NCBI GenBank assembly: GCA_963836205.1
Contig: CAWIIV010000015.1
Location: 96,001 to 160,000 of the forward strand
DNA from: an uncultured Acidimicrobiia bacterium
Lineage (GTDB): Bacteria; Actinomycetota; Acidimicrobiia; Acidimicrobiales; AC-14
DNA length: 64,000 nt
Direction: 5' to 3'
The notes under the pieces were generated by a model. It did not search any database and was not told the origin of the DNA. It saw only the letters and a program-made list of their open reading frames with translations. The translations under genes and the position numbers were made by a program. Below, in pieces: positions 58,438 to 64,000 of this stretch (the stretch's first letter is position 1; each line of letters begins with the position of its first letter).

Positions 58438-59532
58438 TTACGTCCGGCGGATGGCGAGGATGGCCACGTCGTCGCGCAAGGGGACGGTGGCGAAGTCGCG
58501 GGCCGCGGCCAGCAAGCTCTTGCACAGCACGTCGGCGCCCACCCGGGGGTCGCGGCGGACGTGGGAGGCGATGCGGTCCTCGCCGAAGAGCTGGTCGCCG
58601 GCCCGGGCCTCGGCCAACCCGTCGGTGTAGAGCAGCAGCAGGTCGCCCTTGTCGAGGGAGAGCTCCCGGCTGATGTAGGTGGCCTTGGGGTCGAGGGTGA
58701 GCATGGGTCCGGTGGATCGTAGGGGCCGCACCTCGCCGTCGTGCCACAGCCAGGCCGGTGGGTGCCCGGCGGATGCGTAGCGCAGGGTGTTGGCCGCCTG
58801 GTCGAAGAGCACCACGCACATCGACACGAACTCCTCGGGCGCGGCCTGGGCCGAGATCACCACGTTGAGCTCCTCCAGCGCCTGGGCCGGGTCGCGGTAC
58901 TGGCGGAGGAACACCCGCAGCAGGTACTTCACCTGGAAGGCGGTGATGGAGGGCTCGATGCCATGGCCCGACACGTCGCCGATGACGGCCGCCAGCCGCT
59001 GCGGACCGGTGGACGTGAGGTCGTAGAAGTCGCCGGCCATGAGACCGGTGCCGGGCTCGTAGGCCCGTCCCACCTCGAGGCCCTCGAACTCGGGCAGCTC
59101 GACGGGGGCGAGGCGGGCGGCCCACCGCCGCGGAGCCAGCTCCTCCTGGCTCAGGGTCTCCTCCGCCCGCCGCTCGAGGGTGGCCCGTTGCTCGAGCAGG
59201 TTGGCCTCCTCGATGAACCGGCGGCCGTACACCAGGGTCATGGCCAGGGGGATGCCCAGGAGGAGGAACGGCGCGCTCACCCAGTCCCCGTCGGACACGG
59301 ACACCAGGGCGGCGATGATGCCGGCGGCGGCGTACAGGAAGGTGTTGTGCACTTCCTTGCGGTAGGCGGACCGGGCCAGGGCAGCCGCCACCGGGCTGGC
59401 GACGCGGTCCGGTCCACCGCCGCCGCTTATCCGGCGCCACGAGCGGTGCAGTCGCAGGGCCGAGCGTCCCCAGACGATCGCCGCCACGCCACATCCGACG
59501 GCCACCAGGAGGAGGACCGGGTACTTCGACAC
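58438..59532 (-). CDS. Membrane PP2C/SpoIIE-family phosphatase
   Basis: GDFYD, IGDVSGHG, SAGHPP, YTDGL, DDVAIL. Confidence 0.92.
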   Translation of the reverse strand: MSKYPVLLLVAVGCGVAAIVWGRSALRLHRSWRRISGGGGPDRVASPVAAALARSAYRKEVHNTFLYAAAGIIAALVSVSDGDWVSAPFLLLGIPLAMTLVYGRRFIEEANLLEQRATLERRAEETLSQEELAPRRWAARLAPVELPEFEGLEVGRAYEPGTGLMAGDFYDLTSTGPQRLAAVIGDVSGHGIEPSITAFQVKYLLRVFLRQYRDPAQALEELNVVISAQAAPEEFVSMCVVLFDQAANTLRYASAGHPPAWLWHDGEVRPLRSTGPMLTLDPKATYISRELSLDKGDLLLLYTDGLAEARAGDQLFGEDRIASHVRRDPRVGADVLCKSLLAAARDFATVPLRDDVAILAIRRT

Positions 59533-59553
59533 TGTGGGAATGCTATTCCCTCC

Positions 59554-59631
59554 TCAGTTCCGGGCCCGCATCAGTTCCGGGCCCGCATCAGTTCCGGGCC
59601 CGCATCAGTTCCGGGCCCGCATCAGTTCCGG
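59554..59631 (-). repeat. 17-bp tandem repeat x4.6 encoding coupled MRARN minigenes
   Basis: tcagttccgggcccgca repeated, beginning at the der stop codon. Confidence 0.92.
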
Positions 59632-60980
59632 CGACGCACGCGGAACTTCAACGGCGTGGGACCGAACCCGAAGTGCTCCCGGATCCGCCGTTCGAGGAAG
59701 CGGATGTAGGGCGCGGGCAGGTCGCGGGTGGTGAAGAGGATGAACGTGGGCGGGTCGGTGGTGCCCTGCGTCGCGTACATGATCTTGCCCTGCGGTGCCG
59801 GCTGCTGGGCCTGGGCCGCCTGGATGACCTGGTTGAGCTCGCGGGTGGGCACCCGCCGGTGGTAGGCCTCGATGGCCTCGTCGAGGGCGGGCAGCAGCTT
59901 GTGGACGCCCTTGCCCGACAGGGCGCTCATCTTGAGCACCGGGGCGTAGCCGAGGAACGACAGCCGGTCCTCGACCCCGGCCACCACCTCCAGCCGGCGC
60001 TCGGGGCCCTTGCCGTCCGCCTTCCCTTCCGGGGCGTCGAGCAGGTCCCACTTGTTGAGGACGATCACCACCGGGCTGCCGGCGGCGTCGATGCGCTCGG
60101 CCAGGCGTTGGTCCTGGTGGGTGACGCCTTCGGTGGAGTCGATCACGAGGAGGGCGGCGTCGGCCTCGTCGATGGCCTGGAGGGCCCGGACCAGCGAGTA
60201 GTACTCGGCCCCTTCGCCGATGCGGTTCTTGCGGCGCATGCCGGCGGTGTCGATGAACCGGATGGGTCCCTCGTCGGTCTCGACGACGGTGTCGATGGTG
60301 TCGCGGGTGGTGCCGGGCAGGTCGTGGACGATCGACCGCTCGGAGCCGATCAGGCGGTTGAACAGGGTGGACTTGCCCACGTTGGGGCGGCCGACGATGG
60401 CCACGCCGGGGACCTTGGCCTTGCCGTCGGTGCCGGGCTCGGGCGGGGGGGCGACGGGCTCGGCCGGCAGGGCGCCGACCACCGCGTCGAGCAGCTCGCC
60501 GCTCATGCGGCCGTGGATGGCGCTGACCGGGTAGGGGTCGCCCAGGCCCAGGCTGGCGAAGGCCCAGGCGTCGGACTCGCGGGCGGCGCCGTCGACCTTG
60601 TTGGCCACCACCAGCACCGGCCGTCCGGAGCGGCGCAGGATGTCGGCCACGCGGTCGTCCTCGTCGGTGACGCCCACGGTGGTGTCGAGCACGAACAGCA
60701 CCACGTCGGCCGTCTTCATGGCCTTCTCCGCCTGCCGGCTGACCTGCTCGTCGAGGGCGTCGCCGCCCGTCAGCCACCCGCCGGTGTCGACGATGAGGAA
60801 GTCGCGGCCGGCCCAGTCGGCCTCCACCTCCTTGCGGTCGCGGGTGACCCCCGGGCGCTCCTCGACGATGGTCTCCCGGCGGCCGACGATGCGGTTGACC
60901 AGGGTGGACTTGCCCACGTTGGGCCGTCCGACGACGGCGACCATGGGTAGGCGGGCGGTGGGCCGCACCTGGGTGGTCAT
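59622..60980 (-). CDS. der: Ribosome biogenesis GTPase Der
   Basis: Two GRPNVGKS G-domains, DTGG/DTAG, NKVD/NKWD, KH-like C-terminus. Confidence 0.96.
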   Translation of the reverse strand: MTTQVRPTARLPMVAVVGRPNVGKSTLVNRIVGRRETIVEERPGVTRDRKEVEADWAGRDFLIVDTGGWLTGGDALDEQVSRQAEKAMKTADVVLFVLDTTVGVTDEDDRVADILRRSGRPVLVVANKVDGAARESDAWAFASLGLGDPYPVSAIHGRMSGELLDAVVGALPAEPVAPPPEPGTDGKAKVPGVAIVGRPNVGKSTLFNRLIGSERSIVHDLPGTTRDTIDTVVETDEGPIRFIDTAGMRRKNRIGEGAEYYSLVRALQAIDEADAALLVIDSTEGVTHQDQRLAERIDAAGSPVVIVLNKWDLLDAPEGKADGKGPERRLEVVAGVEDRLSFLGYAPVLKMSALSGKGVHKLLPALDEAIEAYHRRVPTRELNQVIQAAQAQQPAPQGKIMYATQGTTDPPTFILFTTRDLPAPYIRFLERRIREHFGFGPTPLKFRVRRRN

Positions 60981-62330
60981 CGGCGGGCGAGGGCCCTGCG
61001 GAGGGACACGCCGTCGGTGGGGACGATCTCGACCGGCCGGGGGAGGTCGCCCGGGCTGGTGCCGTCGAGGAAGAGGCCGTTGGACAGGCAGACGTCGGGG
61101 AGGAGGTAGCGGTGGCCCTCGGGCTGCTCGGCGAGGGTGCGGGACACGTCCTCCCCCACCAGGAGTCCGGTGACGCCGATGTTGCCGCCGAAGAACCGGT
61201 TCTCGACGGGTACGACCCGGACGCCGTCGTAGCCGGCGAGGAGGGGCGTGAGGACGCGGGCGCCGTAGTCGCCGGTGAGGACCGCGATCGGGGCGCCGGA
61301 GCGGGGTCGGAGGGTGACCGATCCCGGCGCCCGGGGCGCTCGGTAGCCCTCGGGAGGGGCACCGTCGACCCAGGCGAAGAAGCCGGGTTGGACGCCGACA
61401 CCCTCTTGGGTATGGCCCGTGAGCTCGAGCTCGAACACCCGGGCCATGCCCACCCCGTCCTCGTGCATGGGGAAGCCCTCGTAGGCGTCGGGCTCGGGGA
61501 ACGGGCGTGTCGGCCAGCAGGTAGTACTCGTCGGCGGCGAAGGCGACCCGCCGGCCGAGGACGGCGAGGAACACCGACTGCCAGTCCTCCACCAGGTCGA
61601 CGACGGCGGCCGCCTCCTCCGGGGTGTGGGCCCGCATCGAGCCCTCGTTGGAGTACCGGCTCACGCCCAGGGGGACGACGCAGACGGTGGCCAGCTCCGG
61701 GTACTGGTCGAGGACGCCGGCCATGGTGTCGTCGAGGATGGCCCCGTCGTTGACGCCGGGGCACACCACCACCTGGCCGTGGACCTCGATGCCGGCGTCG
61801 AGCAGGGCCCGCAGCCACCGCAGGCTGGTGGCACCCCGCCGGTTGCGCAGCATCCGGGACCGCACCTCGGGGTCGGTGGCGTGGATGCTCACGTTGATCG
61901 GGCTGAGGCGCTCGGTGATCACCCGCTCGAGGTCGAGCTCGGTGAAGCGGGTGAGGGTGGTGTAGTTGCCGTAGAGGAACGAGAGGCGGTAGTCGTCGTC
62001 CTTCACGTACAGGCTGGGGCGCAGGCCCTTGGGCAGCTGGTAGATGAAGCAGAACTCGCAGTGGTTGTCGCACGTGCGTACCTGGTCGAACAGGGCGGAG
62101 GACACCTCCGCGCCGAGGGCCGCCCCCTCCGCCTTGGGCACGGCCATGCTCATGGACAGGCCGCCCCGGCGCACGTCGAGCTCAAGGTCGGCCTCGTCGG
62201 CCAGCAGCCGCCACTCGATCACGTCACGGGGAGCGCGCCCGTCGATGGCGAGGACCTCGTCGCCCGGCAGGAGGCCCGCCCTGGCGGCCGGCGATCCGGG
62301 CGCGACGGCAACGACGACGGGCACGGACAT
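60977..62330 (-). CDS. PDZ plus radical-SAM-like DUF512 protein (frameshift near 61500)
   Basis: PGSPA..AGL, CDNHCEFC, KDDDYRLSF, EDGVGM, NRFFGG. Confidence 0.85.
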
Positions 62331-62386
62331 GCTTCAAGGATAGGGCCGATCGGCCCGTGTTCCGACGGGCGTCCCGGGCGCGGGGG

Positions 62387-62438
62387 CGAACCGGTGACGG
62401 AAATGGGTCCTCTGGCCACCGGAAGTGTCACCGGTTCG
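62387..62438. repeat. Intergenic 12-bp inverted repeat (REP-like or regulatory)
   Basis: cgaaccggtgac...gtcaccggttcg between divergent genes. Confidence 0.55.
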
Positions 62439-62495
62439 GGGGGGCGGGGGCGGGGGGCGCGACAACTCGGCCCGACGCGGCCTAGCCTGGGTTCC

Positions 62496-63536
62496 ATGGC
62501 CGTCGATCGGGTGCTGCTGGCCGCGCCGCGGGGGTTCTGCGCGGGTGTGGAGATGGCGATCAAGGCGCTGGCGTGGATGGTGCGGGTCTTCGAGCCGCCC
62601 GTCTACTGCTTCCACGAGATCGTCCACAACCAGTTGGTTGTCGACCGCTTCCGGCGGCTGGGCGTGGTGTTCGTCGACGACGTGGCCGACGTGCCCGACG
62701 GCGCCCCCCTCATGCTCAGCGCCCACGGGTCGGCCCCCGAGGTGGTGGCCGCGGCCCGGGCTCGCACCGGGGGATTCGTCGTCGACGCGGTCTGCCCCCT
62801 GGTCACCAAGGTCCACCACGAGGTGAAGGTGCGGGCGGGCAAGGGGTATTCGATCGTCTACGTCGGCCACGACGGCCACGACGAGGCGGTGGGCACGATG
62901 GCCGTGGCCCCGTCGGCGATCCACCTGGTGGAGTCACAGGCCGACGTCGACGCCATGCCCGACCCCGGCGGCCCGGTCGCCCTCCTGGCCCAGACCACCC
63001 TCAGCCACCACGACTGGGCCGACGTGCTGGAGGCCACCCGCGCCCGCTTCCCCGAGCTGTGGATGCCCTCCCGCAGCGACCTGTGCTTCGCCACCACCAA
63101 CCGCCAGTCGGCCCTCACCGAGATCGCCCGCAGCGCCGACGCCATCGTCGTGATCGGGTCGGCCAACTCGTCGAACACCGTCGCCCTGGCCAAGGTGGCC
63201 ACCGCCGCCGGCTGCCCCCGGGTCTACCGGGTCAACAAGGCCGACGAGCTGCCCGACGACCTCTCCGGCGTGGTGGGGGTGACGGCGGGGGCGTCGGCGC
63301 CCGAGGAGCTGGTGCGGGCCGTCATCGACCGGCTGGCCCCGGAGAACGGCGTCGAGCTGGTGTCGGTGACCGACGAGGACGAGTACTTCCCCCCTCCCCG
63401 GGAGCTGCGCGAGCTCATGCACGCCCTCGACGTAGTGGTGAGCGTCACCCTCGGGGCGGCGGCCCCGGCCAACTCCCCGTTCGTCGACGACCGGGTGGTG
63501 GCGGCCAGCGACGTCCTCGACGCCCTGGCCACCTGA
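62496..63536 (+). CDS. ispH: 4-hydroxy-3-methylbut-2-enyl diphosphate reductase
   Basis: PRGFCAGV, EIVHN, SAHG, DAVCPLV, QTT, CFATTNRQ, SSN, GASAP. Confidence 0.96.
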   Translation: MAVDRVLLAAPRGFCAGVEMAIKALAWMVRVFEPPVYCFHEIVHNQLVVDRFRRLGVVFVDDVADVPDGAPLMLSAHGSAPEVVAAARARTGGFVVDAVCPLVTKVHHEVKVRAGKGYSIVYVGHDGHDEAVGTMAVAPSAIHLVESQADVDAMPDPGGPVALLAQTTLSHHDWADVLEATRARFPELWMPSRSDLCFATTNRQSALTEIARSADAIVVIGSANSSNTVALAKVATAAGCPRVYRVNKADELPDDLSGVVGVTAGASAPEELVRAVIDRLAPENGVELVSVTDEDEYFPPPRELRELMHALDVVVSVTLGAAAPANSPFVDDRVVAASDVLDALAT

Positions 63537-63540
63537 CCGG

Positions 63541-64000
63541 TCAGACCACCGCGAACGGCGCCGTCGCCACCACCGGCGGCCCGTCGAACGACCAGGTCAC
63601 CTTGGCCACATAGCTGCCGGCGACCCCTTGGCTCCACTGGACGGGCTGGGTCAGCGTCTGGCCGGGGGCGAACGCAGTGTCCTGGAAGGCGTCGGCGATG
63701 AGGCCGCTGCCGGGCACGACCGGGTTGCCGTTGGAGTCGTTGACCTCCTGGGTCGCCGAGTAGCTGAAGTAGTAGCAGGGCGCCCCCGACGTGTTCCGGA
63801 GCACGGCCGTGCCGCTCACCGGCTGGCCGGCGACGAAGGTGGCCGGCATCGTCAGTGTCGCCTGCATCACGGCCGGGCCGCAGCGGGGCTGCATGGGGCC
63901 GGGGATGGTGGTCTCGGGGACGGCCGCCGGCGGGGTGGTGGCGACGGTGGTCTCCGGCGCCGCGAGGGCAACAGTGGTCGTCACCGGAACCAGGGTGGTG
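63541..64000 (-). CDS. Exported Thr/Pro-rich protein with beta-sandwich C-terminus (5' end outside window)
   Basis: Open frame runs to the window edge. Confidence 0.55.
   Translation of the reverse strand, partial: TTLVPVTTTVALAAPETTVATTPPAAVPETTIPGPMQPRCGPAVMQATLTMPATFVAGQPVSGTAVLRNTSGAPCYYFSYSATQEVNDSNGNPVVPGSGLIADAFQDTAFAPGQTLTQPVQWSQGVAGSYVAKVTWSFDGPPVVATAPFAVV

Noticed and set aside
59554-59631. Possible CRISPR array
   Set aside because: Contiguous 17-bp units with no spacers and no cas genes.
59622-62330. 902-aa radical-SAM-Der fusion in the ORF track
   Set aside because: A frameshift near 61500 joins the frames; the true DUF512 C-terminus (60977-61468) and the der ATG (60980) are both intact.

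Overview
High-GC actinobacterial-type DNA (Acidimicrobiia-like gene content; taxon is inference). It contains housekeeping and regulatory genes: thiolase, PASTA Ser/Thr kinase, GAF kinase/response regulator, ndh, dinB with a LexA box, tRNA-Pro(GGG), L,D-transpeptidase, der and ispH. Several mobile or accessory segments interrupt them. (1) An IS110 element (6895-8662) sits in the loop of a REP-like palindrome, and its 3' non-coding end contains a readable bridge RNA whose two loops match the target and donor junctions. (2) A three-gene tyrosine-recombinase element (active recombinase, HTH, Zn-finger/dead recombinase) is bounded by terminal inverted repeats (21164-24106). (3) Two IS256 copies have visible target duplications. 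(4) A more AT-rich cargo/defence-like island (~21-39 kb) carries a HExxH peptidase, an internally duplicated PIN protein, a pentapeptide-repeat protein, a 1492-aa NACHT-nuclease and a GT2. (5) There is an M4-like peptidase/MBL-hydrolase pair and a vWA-lipoprotein/membrane/OmpA operon. (6) A 17-bp tandem repeat after der encodes a chain of four coupled MRARN minigenes. About eight genes carry single frameshifts, suggesting long-read indel errors, so pseudogene calls are uncertain.
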